A DNA stretch of 64,000 nucleotides from Amoebophrya sp. A120 (lineage: Eukaryota; Protista; Dinoflagellata): NCBI GenBank assembly GCA_905178155.1, contig CAJINV010000005.1, positions 5,225,038 through 5,289,037 on the forward strand. The letters are read 5' to 3'. Positions 22,401 through 33,954 of the stretch are shown piece by piece (position 1 is the first letter of the stretch; every line of letters begins with the position of its first letter). The notes beneath the pieces were generated by a model. The model did no database searches, was not told where the DNA came from, and worked only from the letters and a program-made list of their open reading frames with translations. The translations under genes were made by a program, and so were the position numbers.

Positions 22401-25400
22401 TTGCTCGCGGGGAAAATATATGGATTGCAAAAATGTCTGGGTCTGGAAAGATGCGAACTTGTGATGCGCACTTTACATCACACAAAAACCTGTCGTGCAT
22501 GGAAGCCAAAAGTTGCACACTTCTCGCCACCGAATAAAGAAGGTCTTTGTCATGCGGATTACGCATTAAGAGACCTTATCAAAACCTGTGATGCTAGGGC
22601 GTGCATGGTAGATCTTCTGGGTCATGCCGAAGCTGCATCACAAACCTCTGCATCCTCCCAGACCCAGACATTTTTGCAATGCATAAAATAAAGAAGATGA
22701 CCACAAGAACGAGAACCCCTTGCAGATGACCACTGCAGAAGACGACTCGGTTCTACAGGACCTCGGAGCGGATCTGGAGGCTTACACAGCCGACTTGGAA
22801 GCTGCACGCGCGTACGGCGAGGAACAAGAAGGCCGGGGCCGGCAACGGCAAGAACTCCTAACTATTCCCTTCCAGTTCGCGCCCCTTCAGGGCGACAACG
22901 TCCTGTTTCTGCCGCAGGGAAGCCACATGCGTGAGCTGCTTGGCGCGGAGGTGCGAAAGGATGGAGATGAAGAAGAGCAGGGGGATATCACAAGAAAAAG
23001 TGTTAACGTTAACGGAATTTGTGATGCAGAAATGCATCACAAGACGTGTCAGAATTTGTCATGCATAGCATGCATATTGGGCTACATTTGTGATGCATGA
23101 CTGCAATCTGTGAAAACCGTTTGTACGTTAACACTTTTTCCTGTGATAGGGGAAAACGCGAAAAATGCGTACGAGACGTCGAGGACCTTATCCTGAGTAA
23201 AAACGTACCCACACCAGAGTCAGGATGGGGATTTTGCAACACAAACCTAGGAGTTTTGTGAGTCACGCATCACAAGTTGCAGTCCGTAGTGTAGTGCAGG
23301 TTCGCAAGGCCAGCTGCATCAGAAATCCATCTGCTCATCCTGTTTACAGCATTACAAATTCCAAAACACGATTGAAAATGGTTCTCATGCGGATGCGCAT
23401 TACAGGTCTTCCTGTCTTTGCAAATCTGCATTACAACTCTGGTGTGGGTACGTTTTTCCTCAGGATAGACCTCCACAGAGAAGCAAGGGCAAGCAGCTGC
23501 TGGTGCTCTACTTCCTACTATCCTATGTAAAAACGTACCCACCCCATAGTCAAGATGGGTAGTCGGCTAGACAAATCGACAAGCTTTGGCTATTTCGCAT
23601 GACAAATTTGGACGCGTAGTGTAGTGCTGTTTGAGCTAGTTCAGCAGCATTACAGATCTAGTCTCTCATGCTGATTGGAGCATGACAAATGTCAAAACAG
23701 CATTAGAAAATGCTTCTCATGGGGCTCCGCATGAGAAACATTCTAAGCATGCAGATTTGCATGACAACTATGGTGTGGGGACGTTTTTACACAGGATACC
23801 TACTACTTCGGCTTCTGCTTCGAAACATGCTGCAACTTATGGATTGCAAATATGTCTGGGTCTGGGTCTGGAAGATTGCAACTTGTCATGCCAAATCCGA
23901 AGCATGGGAGCATCTGTGTTGCATGAGTGCCAAATAAAGCTGTCCACTTTCGACCAAGTTGGGAGGGAGTGATTTCTCATGCAGGACTGGCATGACAGAG
24001 ACCACCTCACAGAGTCTGTCACGCAAGGTCCCGTCTTCCAGACCTCATGGGTCATGCAAAACCTGCATGACAAGTTTACACTCTACTTCCAGACCTTCCA
24101 GACATACTTGCAGTTGATACAACTTCGAAAAAAGCAACTGCTTCTGCCGCCGGTCTCGCGGTGAGAGAGCTCCAAACGGACCAGGGACTCTCAAAAATGA
24201 CGCTCGCCCGGGTACTGAAAATGTTCGCGATGCGAAACACGCGGAAAAACCAGGCAAAAACCCAGAAGATTATCAAATGCAAAAATGTCTGGGTCTGGAT
24301 GAAGGTTGGAACTTGTGATGCTACAAAATCTGAATCATGCAAAAAGACAAATCTGTGTTGCAAGATTAGCAAATGCTGCCCAATTTTGATCAAGTTGCGA
24401 GGCAGTTTCTACTCATGCAGGATAGGCACGATAGTGATCTCACAGATGAATCTGTCACGCTAGGTCCTCCATGACAGATCGTATGGGTCATGGAAAATAA
24501 CCTAGATGACAAGTCTAGCAACCTCTTTTGCTGTTCGTGCAATACAGCTTTTTGTACCATCCAGATGCAGCATCACAAGTTGCATCCTTCCAGACCCAGA
24601 CATTTTTGCAATGCATAAAGATGGCACAGGACCTATTTGGCGGTCCGTTGGAGGAGTGGCGCCTGCGCGACGACACATCTTTCGTAGACCTGATTCCGGT
24701 ATGCATTGCAAATAGGTCTGGGTCCTCTGGAAGGATGCAACTTGTGATGCTGCATCTGGATGCTACAAAAATCTGTATTGCACGAACAGGAAAAGAGGTC
24801 CAGTTTTTGCCACGGCGGGCGGGCAACGTTTCTCATGCGGTTTAGGCATCAGGAAGCCGTCACAAAATCTGCGACGCTAGGGCATGCATCACAGATCGAT
24901 CAGGAGTCATGCAAAATGTGCATGGCAAACCTTGCATTCTTCCAGACCCACATCGATATTTGCATTGGATATCCGGAGTTTTTGCTGCAAAAGATGTGGG
25001 CCCCCTTTTTGAAACATCTGCGGTTGCAGTGCGACAAAGCCGCGGTGCGGGGACGAGGCAGCAAGAACACTAGCCTGCTCGTAGTGAGAGGAAAAATCCC
25101 CCTGCTCCCCATATCAAAAAGGCATCACTCTGAAAATTTGTGACGCAGATTTGTGGTCACAAATCCGCTCTGTCTTGCAAGAAGGCAAGCGCCGTTGTGT
25201 GCGCTGCATTTTGGATGTGGTTTCTCATGCTGATGTACGTAGGGCCTACAGGGCAGGCGTCTCTCATGCGAAGCAGCTAGATGCTTCCACTCCTAAGCAA
25301 GCTGAGGATCTGGCTGCAGTCCTGCTATATTGCAAGACAGACGTCATTTGTGTACGCAAATCCAGCGTCAGAAACTTCGTTTCGATATGGGGAGGGGGGA

Positions 25401-27152
25401 TTTTTCCTTTTGATAGCTCGCCATGCTCACGGACATGCCGGGCGGAGGCGAGTATGAACTGCAAAAGTATCGTATTCGTATAAATGCATGACAAATTTCC
25501 TCAGCATGAGAAATAAAATTTGTCATGCGAACTTGACTTGAGAAAGAAATTTGGAATGCATGATTGCAATACGAGTACGATACTTTTGCACAGGATAGCG
25601 AGGCGGAAGTTGTCAATCACGCAGCTAGTTATCAAATGCAAAAGTGTCTGGGTCTGGAAGGTTGTAACTTGTGATGCTGTCTGTGGAAGGTAAAAAAAAT
25701 CTGTATTGCATGACCAGCATATTAGAGGAGTCCAGTTTGTGCTACGCGGCGCGGGCGTTTCTCATGCGGAATACAACGCATCAGAAGGCACTTGAAAATA
25801 AATCTGTGATCATGCTAGGTCATGCGTAATTACAGGCATGATCTTTACGGGTCGGTATGCAATAAAATATGCATGACCACATCAAACCTGGCATCAATCT
25901 CCCAGATGACCCCGACACTTTTGCACTTGATACTAGCGGCGCAATAGCACCAACTTCCTCGGCCTCTGCCAGTAGTACAACAAGTGACGATGCAGGCGCG
26001 GGGATGCAAACGTTTTTGCAGCAGCGCCCCGGGCTATCAAACAAAAAAAGTTCGTCACGATCACTTATGCGCATTTTTGCAATACAAAATTGGCTGTCAT
26101 GCGTAAAAATGCATGACAGCCAAGCTCCTTCATAGGGGATTTCCCTAGTGTTTCTGCAATACAAGGAAAACTTGTGATGCTAAAAAAATTTGTAATGCAA
26201 AACCTGCAAGTTAGTGACTGTGACAAACTTTTTTCTTTCCATACGGGCCGCCATCTTCTGCTATCTTCGGGCCGCCCGCCCCCCGGCCTAAAAAGTCGAG
26301 CGCAGCTTATCCTGAGTAAAAACGTACCCACACCAGAGTCAAGATGAGGACTTTGCAACACAAACCTTGAAGTTTTGGGAACCACGCATGACAAATTGCA
26401 GGCTGTAGTGTAGTGCAGTTTAGCAAGGGAAGCCGCATCACAAATCCATCTCCTTATCCTGTTTATAGCATTACAAGTTCCAAAACACGATTGGAAATTC
26501 TTCTCATAGGGATGCGCATTACAAGCGCCTTTGCGCTTGCAGATCTGCATTACAACTCTGGGGTGGGTACGTTTTTACATAGGATACAGCTTCTGCTATC
26601 GGTCCTATGAAGATCTCGGCTGCTCCTCCGACGTCGCCTCTCCCCCGGGGTCATGGGCGCGCAGCTTCTGCTGTCTCGGCTCCACCGCCCCCCCGGGGTA
26701 CTAAGGGTTCTTCAGCTAATATCCTACTTTCTCCAGTACCGCCTATGCCACAGTTTTCCCCTATTTTTACCCGGAAGCCGGGAAGAACAAGAACTCCATC
26801 TGCTTCGGGAGCTGGTCGCTCTTCGAGCTCCACTACTTCTTCCCGGGGACGTCGAGCATCTCCAGGGTCGACTCCAGCCGGACGAAATTCCGCCTTCCAG
26901 AGTCCGACCTGGTCGCCGTTGGCACGCAAAAATGGGAAAATTTCGACGATGTCGCTGGCGCAGCACCACGCTGCAGCGCCCGTTGTCGATAACAACATCC
27001 GGGATAGTACCGTTGACGACGGATTTCGTTCCGGGTGGTCGGCGACGAGGAGTACTATCAGCGACGAGGACGACTATCGACTGCAATTGTTTCGATCCGG
27101 TTCTGGAAGGACGATAAGTATTAAGAGCATTTATTGGATTCCATTTCTATAG
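16411..27152 (+). CDS. Large hypothetical protein (about 1207 aa), signal/transit-like N-terminus, Ser/Pro-rich C-terminus, 27 introner introns
   Basis: Removing 27 elements plus one DR each leaves 3624 nt with no stop from MRLLSSRTCTSK... to ...YWIPFL*; no family recognised. Confidence 0.85.
16496..16731. mobile_element. Introner family F
   Basis: TIR TA(C/T)GGCGTTCTCAACTGTTACA; DR TCTCA. Confidence 0.9.
16808..17073. mobile_element. Introner family B
   Basis: DR CTGGC. Confidence 0.9.
17205..17491. mobile_element. Introner family C
   Basis: DR AAATC; right end ATG. Confidence 0.9.
17559..17832. mobile_element. Introner family B
   Basis: DR GGAAA/GGACA. Confidence 0.9.
18241..18501. mobile_element. 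Introner family B
   Basis: DR GCCAC. Confidence 0.9.
18658..18805. mobile_element. Introner family A
   Basis: DR CAGCT; right end ATG. Confidence 0.9.
18834..19097. mobile_element. Introner family F
   Basis: DR AAAAC. Confidence 0.9.
19134..19389. mobile_element. Introner family B
   Basis: DR GAGAA. Confidence 0.9.
19447..19657. mobile_element. Introner family G
   Basis: TIR with AAAAAAGTT.GTCAC..TCACT; DR ACCTC. Confidence 0.9.
19721..20001. mobile_element. Introner family B
   Basis: DR AAGAT. Confidence 0.9.
20575..20853. mobile_element. Introner family C
   Basis: DR TGACC/CGACC. Confidence 0.9.
20950..21259. mobile_element. Introner family E
   Basis: DR GCCGC. Confidence 0.9.
21388..21669. 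mobile_element. Introner family C
   Basis: DR GGAAA. Confidence 0.9.
21740..21933. mobile_element. Introner family A (short internal insertion)
   Basis: DR AAAGT. Confidence 0.9.
21988..22261. mobile_element. Introner family B
   Basis: DR GTCGA. Confidence 0.9.
22419..22685. mobile_element. Introner family B
   Basis: DR AAATA. Confidence 0.9.
22986..23148. mobile_element. Introner family J
   Basis: TIR TATCACA(A/G)GAAAAAGTGTTAACGT; DR GGGGA. Confidence 0.9.
23189..23467. mobile_element. Introner family C
   Basis: DR GACCT. Confidence 0.9.
23519..23798. mobile_element. Introner family C
   Basis: DR CCTAC. Confidence 0.9.
23838..24119. mobile_element. Introner family B
   Basis: DR CAACT. 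Confidence 0.9.
24271..24617. mobile_element. Introner family B (chimeric)
   Basis: DR AAGAT; right end is an inverted copy of the neighbour's left end. Confidence 0.9.
24700..24971. mobile_element. Introner family B
   Basis: DR TCCGG. Confidence 0.9.
25082..25415. mobile_element. Introner family D
   Basis: DR GCTCG; left end TAG. Confidence 0.9.
25453..25597. mobile_element. Introner family A
   Basis: DR GCGAG. Confidence 0.9.
25630..25932. mobile_element. Introner family B
   Basis: DR CTAGT/CTAGC. Confidence 0.9.
26035..26243. mobile_element. Introner family G (opposite orientation to 19447)
   Basis: DR CGGGC. Confidence 0.9.
26308..26586. mobile_element. Introner family C
   Basis: DR CAGCT. 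Confidence 0.9.
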
Positions 27153-27385
27153 TACTTAAGTCTAAGTATCAACAAAAATGAAGCCTGAATCTGTATTACA
27201 GATTCAGGCTTTATTTTTGATACTTATTTATATTTTACTTATTTTGGATGAAAATGAAAAAGAACAGCAAAAGTGGTCCAGTCAGTATTTGCTACGGCGA
27301 AATTATAAAGGCTTTTTTGTCCTCGTTCTCCTCGTCGCATCAGAAAGAAGTTGTACTAGTAGCCCTGGATTGGAAAATGATAAGT

Positions 27386-27495
27386 CATCTGTGATGCTAG
27401 TCGGGCACCATGCATCACATCAGATCGATGCGTGGCAAAGGCAAATGTCGCCTCGTCTTCTTTCCAGACACCCAGATCGAAATTTGCATTTGATA
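27386..27495. mobile_element. Introner family B remnant (right end)
   Basis: Ends CCCAGATCGAAATTTGCATTTGATA. Confidence 0.65.
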
Positions 27496-30400
27496 TGTTC
27501 CCGGTCCGCGATGCGGAACCCGGCAGGCCGGGCTCGTCCTCGTCGTCCCAAGTGAATTTATCAACTGTAAAAATGTCTGGGTCTGGAAGAATGCAACTTG
27601 TGATGCTAAATCTGAAGCGTGCAAAAATCTGTGTTGCATGATTACCAAAAGTCGTCCAGTTTTGGCCAAGTCGGGAGGGAGTTTCTGATGCAGGATAGGC
27701 ATGAGAGAGAGTGCACAGAATCTGTCATGTTAGGTCCTGCATTACAGACCTCATGGGTCATGAAAAAGCTGCATGACAAATCGCGCATTCTTCCAGACCC
27801 AGACACTTTTACATTTGATAGAATTTTGGGGGTACCCAAGTCCGACGCTTCGTGATTGGATCGTCACCGGAGTCGTACCTTGCCTCCGAAGACTCCGCCT
27901 CAGCAGCCTCTTCTCCCGGGCCGATAAGTTTAGCTAATCAAGAACTACATCGAGCTGCGGCTGCGCCCACCTCCGCCCTGCGCGCGGGCACACCCGGTAC
28001 TACTTCGGCTGGCACGGGTATGGCGTTCTCAAATGTTACATTCTCAACACGAATTTGATGTATATGCAAGAATGGCAAAAGTGAAAGGAAGGGCCTTGCG
28101 CGTCCTCTTGCATGACAGATTTGGCACAGAAGATGTTCAGCCTGTTTGGCCGTCCGAGAATTTATTGCCATGCGAAGCAGCTTGAAGGCGTCGATAGTCA
28201 AGGTATTTTTGCATGACAAATCATGCAACAGTTGAAAATGTAACAGTTGAGAGCGCCATAACGGGGACGAGTCCCCCGGAAATCTCCGCGCCGGCACCAG
28301 GAACCGCGGGCCAGCCGGTTGTCGTGCCGCCGAAAGCGAAGGCCTCCGGCCCGGCGCCAGCCGTACCCAACATCTCGGCCCCGCCACCAGGAGAAGCGGG
28401 CCAGCCGGTCGTGCCGAAGGCGGAGCCGAAGGCGAAGCCCAAGGCGAAGCCCAAGGCGAAGCCCAAGGCGAAGCCCAAGGCGAAGGCGAAGGCAGCGGCC
28501 GGAGGTATGGCGTTCTCAAACGTTACGTTCTCAACTGTTACATGGATTTGTCATGCAAAATGACCATGAGCCGCCACACGATCAAGGTGCTCCGCATGAT
28601 AAATTCTCGAAGCAGGGCTAAACACCACCTCCTGAATCTGCTCCACATTTGTAATGCAAAGCGCGCAATCTACTTCCCGCGTTCACTTTTGCTGTTCTTG
28701 CATGACGAATTCATGTAACAGTTGAGAGTGTAACATTTGAGAATCCCATAGGAGGAGCGGAAGGAGTATCCAGGAAAAAAAGTGTGTAAGTGTAACTTTC
28801 TTTGAGGAACAGCATCACAAATTTGCTCTCCATGACAGAGAAAACCTGTCATGCATGGTTTGTAAGGGAAAACACACATGAAAATAGGACTTCATGGCTG
28901 TCTGGCATGACAGGTGTAACTCTGTTGCATCCTCTGCAACACAAATTTACACTTACACAGTTTTTTTCTTGCATAAGGAGGTGGCGAACCGGACTACATC
29001 CGGGAAGGACTATACCGCAAGAAAAAACTGGTTCACTGTGAACTTGTGATGCATAGAATGAAACACAGATCTATTTGTCTTGCCACACCGACCTGCAAGA
29101 GCAAGACCTCGACTCTTTAGCGGTGTTTTCCGTTTGGAAGCGCGCATGGCAAATTTTCTGTGTCATGTGTAACAAACTTGCGATGCAGATCTTGCAAGAT
29201 CATCACAGTGAAACAGTTTTTTCGTGGGATAGACTACAGGTTGCGGCAGGGGCCTATGGCGGGGCCGTGCTTTGGGCTCTGGTATCAACTGCAAAAATGT
29301 CTGGGTCTGGAAACTTGTGATGCAAAAAGTGACTGTTGATAGCCGGACTGCAATATGCAGCTACGCATCACAAATTTTCTGGCTGCCATGTCTTACGTAT
29401 TTTTCCGCATGGCAAACTGCGTTTTTGCATAACAGGTAAAGAGGATCTTCTTTTCGTGCCTAGGCAACACAGATTCTCGGATCATGCCAGACAAGCATGA
29501 CAAACTTGCATTCATCTTCCAGACCCAGACATTTTTACATTTGATTGGCGGCTCCGCTTGCGGGCGCGGGCGGCACGCTTTCTGTGGGTGCGGGTGCCGT
29601 GTTAGGGGTCATCGGGGTGGTAGAGCCTATCCAGTGCAAAAGTATCGTCCTCGTATGGAAATCATGCATTACAAATCCTTTTCTTGAGGTAAATCAGCAT
29701 TACAAATTTCATTTCTCATGCTGGGGAAACTTGTAATGCATTTATACGAGTACGATACTTTTGCAATTCATAGAGACTATCCAGTGCCAATATCGATCTG
29801 GGTCTGGAAGAGGAAGGTTGCAACTTGTGACACTGTCTTTGGATCTTAAAAAAATTCGGAAAATGCATGACCAGGTAAAAAAGAGGACTGTAGTAGCTCC
29901 AGTTTGTGCTACGCGTCGCAAAGGGCATTTGTCATGCGGAATAGGCATCATCAGGAAGCGGCCCTCTAAAAATCGGTGATGCTAGTGCATTCTTCACAAT
30001 CGACGTCATGGGTCATGCAAAATATACAGGACAATATTCCAGACCCACACATTATCCAAGAAAAAAAGATTGTAGGTGTAACTTTCTTGGAGGATTAGCA
30101 TGACAGATATGTCTCGCATGACAGCAAAAACCTGTCATGCGCAGATAGTACGTGAAACGCCCTTGAATGGACCCTACTATGTAGGCTCAGCATGACAGGC
30201 GCAATCAATTTGCATGCTGCGCATCACAAATTTACACTAACAACGTTTTTTTCTTGGATACACATGTTTGCGGTGGATAGGGGTCGCCATACTCGGAGTC
30301 GTGAAGATCGCGCTCTATCCTGAGTAAAAACGGGGCCCACACCCCATAGTCAAGTTGGGAATGTAGCAACACAAGTTCACAAGTTTTGGAAGCTGTGCAT

Positions 30401-30746
30401 GACAAGTTTATTCCCTCTGCAGGAGTGTAGTGCTGGTTGGCAACGGAATTATCCGTATGAGAAAGCCATTTTCTCATCCTGTTAATACAGCATATACAGA
30501 TTCCAAAACACGACTGGAAATAGCTCCCATCTTCATGGAGCTGCGCATTACAAATGTTCCTGTCATTCTTGCGCATTTGCATGACACCAGCTCTGGGGTG
30601 TGGGCCCCGTTTTTACTCAGGATACGCCCCTGGTGTTGCTTATGCCTTGGACGGACGACGTTAGCCTAGAAGCTGGTGAATTTGCAATGAATTTGTGTAG
30701 TTGTATGAAGTGCGTGAGCTTGGTCGTGCCGCTTTCATGCCTCTAG
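27495..30746 (+). CDS. Hypothetical protein (about 270 aa), Pro/Ala-rich with KAKP repeats and Gly-rich hydrophobic C-terminus; 5' end uncertain
   Basis: Frame restored across 8 introner-derived introns: MFPVRDAEPGRPG...PKAKPKAKPKAK...GAVLWALAAPLAGAGG...VPLSCL*. Confidence 0.65.
27559..27820. mobile_element. Introner family B
   Basis: DR GAATT. Confidence 0.9.
28019..28260. mobile_element. Introner family F
   Basis: DR ACGGG. Confidence 0.9.
28425..28492 (+). repeat. Coding 12-bp tandem repeat (KAKP)
   Basis: (AAGGCGAAGCCC)n within an exon. Confidence 0.85.
28506..28750. mobile_element. Introner family F
   Basis: DR GGAGG. Confidence 0.9.
28767..28975. mobile_element. Introner family H
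   Basis: TIR with GAAAAAAA.TGTGTAAGTGTAA; DR AGGAG. Confidence 0.9.
29013..29231. mobile_element. Introner family I
   Basis: TIR with GAAAAAACTG.TTCACTGTGA; DR GACTA; left end TAC. Confidence 0.85.
29283..29545. mobile_element. Introner family B (3-nt deletion at right junction)
   Basis: DR TCTGG/..TGG. Confidence 0.85.
29628..29772. mobile_element. Introner family A
   Basis: DR GAGCC/GAGAC. Confidence 0.85.
29778..30279. mobile_element. Introner family B with family H nested in its right TIR
   Basis: Starts 5 nt after the previous element; TIR split at CACAT. Confidence 0.8.
30053..30260. mobile_element. Introner family H (nested)
   Basis: DR CACAT. Confidence 0.9.
30316..30624. mobile_element. 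Introner family C
   Basis: DR CGCTC/CGCCC. Confidence 0.9.
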
Positions 30747-31854
30747 CTGCACATCACAGCTGCGCTGCAGCCTGCGTCCTGTCTCCATGTAATTGTAGGG
30801 GCGCTCGCGTTGTTCCGGTTTTGTTTTGAATTTTTGGCCCCGCCGGCATCGGGGGCGCCAAAGGGCGGCGTCGTGCGCTTTGCGTCCCGTGCCCTTTCCC
30901 TGTGGAAGCCTAGTACCAAGAGCCTCGCGAAGGTTCGGCATTGTTGGTTTTCACGGTCGACATGGCGGCGCGCCGGCTCTCTTCGCCCTGCGCGCCTTTT
31001 CGGTTTGACAGCGCCGTGCCCACATTCTGGCGCCCACGGGGCAATGTATTTGTATTTCAGGTCGGATCTCGTTCTCAGTGTCTCGGACGAACAACAACCG
31101 GGCGCCCTTTGGCGCATCGGTTTTTTAGGGTCATTCTTGGCTAAGGCCATTGGCAGTGCTTGCTATAGCCATTCGTCGGGGGGGTTAGTTTTTGCCAAAT
31201 GTACTGCCTTCATGGGTAGAAATGCGCTTATTTTTTGGGGTCAATGGTAGGAGACCCCCAACCGGTCATCTGTGCTTAGCACTGCGGTGAACGGCTAAGC
31301 GTGCTTATTTCCGCAATTCCCTAACGAGTGGTCACCGCGACCCCCCGCAACAATTTTTTACCAGGCCCGCAGCTCAACACCACGCGGGCGCGCCTTCGTG
31401 CTGCACGCGGGGACGAGCAGGCACGCAGAGGAGCCTGCTCTCGCCGGGCGGGCCAAGCGTAGCCATTATTTGCTGTAGAAGGCCAGGGGGCCTGCAAGAT
31501 AGAGGCGCCGAATCGCCCACCCGCAACATCGGGCTACGGGCCGGGGCGGGAGGCTATCGCTGATGTCAGCACACACGTTGTTGTATAATAAATAGACAGG
31601 CACAACTCGTCCTGACGCGTGCGGCGGGTTTGTAGGTGTGGCGATTTCTTGTCTTCTGGAAAGAAGGAGGAGCGGGGCCAAGGCTCCATGCGCCTGTCCC
31701 TGATCCGGCATTTTATTTTTCCCTCCGTGGTTCTTTAATATTCCTATTCGCCTCCCGTCTGGGTTTTCGAATTTAGAGCCTGCCATGCGGATCTACCGAT
31801 GAGGCTATTGGTTTGAACGCATTTTGAACGGATTTTCAACCGAGTTTTGAATTT

Positions 31855-32015
31855 CGTTTTGAAATTGAGGAAAGATTTGAATGACGTTTTGAAATTGCCG
31901 GGAAAGTTGAAATACGTTTTGAAATTGCCGAGAAAGTTGAAATACGTTTTGAAATTGCCGAGAAAGTTGAAATACGTTTTGAAATTGTGCTACATTTTGA
32001 ATCATGTTTTGAAAT
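31855..32015. repeat. Minisatellite, 30-bp unit x5
   Basis: CGTTTTGAAATTGCCGAGAAAGTTGAAATA units. Confidence 0.9.
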
Positions 32016-33159
32016 GCGCCTCGTGTGTTGAGCTTGCTTGCGAATGTGGCCGCCAAGCTTGGCGGTTTTGGCGACATAAGGCTCACGCCATGACCCCACT
32101 CCCTATCTGGTAGCGGCATCGAGAGAGCTCGCGCGTTTGGTTTCAGATAGGCAGGGCCGTGTGGGACCCACGCCTGCCGGCCATGCTTGCGCTTCCAACC
32201 GGGAAGAAGGTCGCCCGCAACGCGAGGCGAATCCGCACTCTTTGCAGCGACTGTGTAGACGCAGCCACGCGCCACTTTGCCGCGGGCCATGCATTTTTCC
32301 CGGTGTTTCAACGTAAGCAGGGCCTCTGGCTGCACTCCCTGGGGCTTCAGGAATTGGGCTTCAAAGGCGTGCGCGCCGAGGCACCTGCAGACATCTCGCT
32401 GTTGCCCTCGCTCTGAGCCCCAAGAGCATTGGACGACCGCCCACAGGTGTTTGCTTCTGTGGTGTTGAATGGGCTGGAAATGTTTTTTGTCAGGGATGTG
32501 GTGTTGTGCATCTGGGTGTGTACACACTACGAAACGTTGACATTTTGAATTCGTTTTGAATTTGTTTTGCAATGAAATCAGCGTCCGTATACTTTGGATT
32601 TAAGGTTTTCGAAAAATTTAGAGCCTGCCATGCGGATCTACCGGACCGACGCGAGCAGCAGCTTGCGCCGGCCGCAGGATTACAAACGGCCACCCCTGTT
32701 AACACATTCGCGGGGAAATGCTTCCAATAATCTTCCGAAATCCTTCCAGCACCCGGCAAAGCTCGCGGCGCCCCAGCCCTGAGTGCAGCCGGGCGGCCTT
32801 CTTGTTTTTCTGCCCTGGGTGGACAGGCAGCCCACCGCGGCAGGGTGGCGTAGACAGTAGCCCGAGGCGTGGCGCGCAGCCGCTCGCTGTAGGGCTTGCG
32901 CGGCCCCTTTGCCACCTTAAACCAAGGCCGGAAATCGGGCGAGCTGCGCCCCCTTGCCCCCTGTGTTGTCCACTACAGCGGAACTACGAACTTAACGAAA
33001 GGCCGAGGCAGGCTTCCCAGCAAGCCTGCCGCGCCCGGAGGGGGCCGGCCCGCGGCCTTAGAAGATGCAGCCGCCGGGCCGTAGTGGGTTGCTTGTGGAA
33101 GGACCCGCGGCTCGCGGAGTGCGCCGCCAGCCGACAGCTGTCCCGGAAGAGGGCCAACA

Positions 33160-33410
33160 GAAAATCCTTCCGAAGGGACCGCCGGAAGGGCTTCCGGAAT
33201 GCCCTCGAAAATCCTTCCCGAGGCTCCCGGAAATCCTTCCGGAACCCTTCCGAAATGCTTCCGAAATCCTTCCGAAATCCTTCCGCCGACGGTATGGTCG
33301 ACCCTCCTGGGCGGAAGGGAAGTCGAAAGTTTTTTTTTTCTGAAAAAAGCAATTTGTAATGCGCCAAATGCTTCCGAAATCCTTCCCAAATCCTTCCGAA
33401 ATCCTTCCCC
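33160..33410. repeat. Degenerate CCGAAATCCTT (about 11 bp) array
   Basis: Many copies of (C)CGAAATCCTTCC; another cluster at about 32717-32747. Confidence 0.8.
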
Positions 33411-33704
33411 TTATCCTGTTTCGCGGTCACAACTTTTTTGCTTCTCTTTTGCTTTTTTTTTTCGCCAAAAAAGCTGCTTCGCCTAAAAAACAGGATTTTT
33501 CAGCCAAGGCGCCACTTTTTCGCCCGGCAGCGCGCGGCCTACCTCGCACACCTGCACCCGACCGCCCGTCCGGCACCTGGCTACTGGCCTGGCCCGGAGT
33601 TCATTCTGGTTGCGCCCTTCCCCTCTGGTGTCCCAGCCTGCCATGCGGATCTACCGGACCGACGCGAGCAGCAGCTTGCGCCACGGTTGTATAATAGACA
33701 GGCA

Positions 33705-33954
33705 TATCAACTGTAAAAATCCCTGGAGGTCTGGAAGAATTCATGTCTGTCATGCTTGTCTGGCATGACTCTTAAATCTGTCATGCACGCTACCCAAGAG
33801 CTCCGTTTTTCTGTGATGCAGAGCCGCAGTTTGTCATGCTGAATTATAGGCAACACCTAGGAGCTCAGTAGAAACTTGTCATGCTGAGCCAGTATTCGTA
33901 GCCTCATCATGAGACGCCACCCAGCATCACAAGTGCCCAGACCCAGACACTTTT
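33705..33954. mobile_element. Introner family B (right end truncated)
   Basis: Left TAT TIR after AGGCA; ends CCCAGACACTTTT. Confidence 0.8.

Noticed and set aside
16496-26586. CRISPR-like alternation of repeats and unique spacers
   Set aside because: The repeats are 140-350-bp TIR elements of many families and the spacers are exons that join into one ORF; no cas genes
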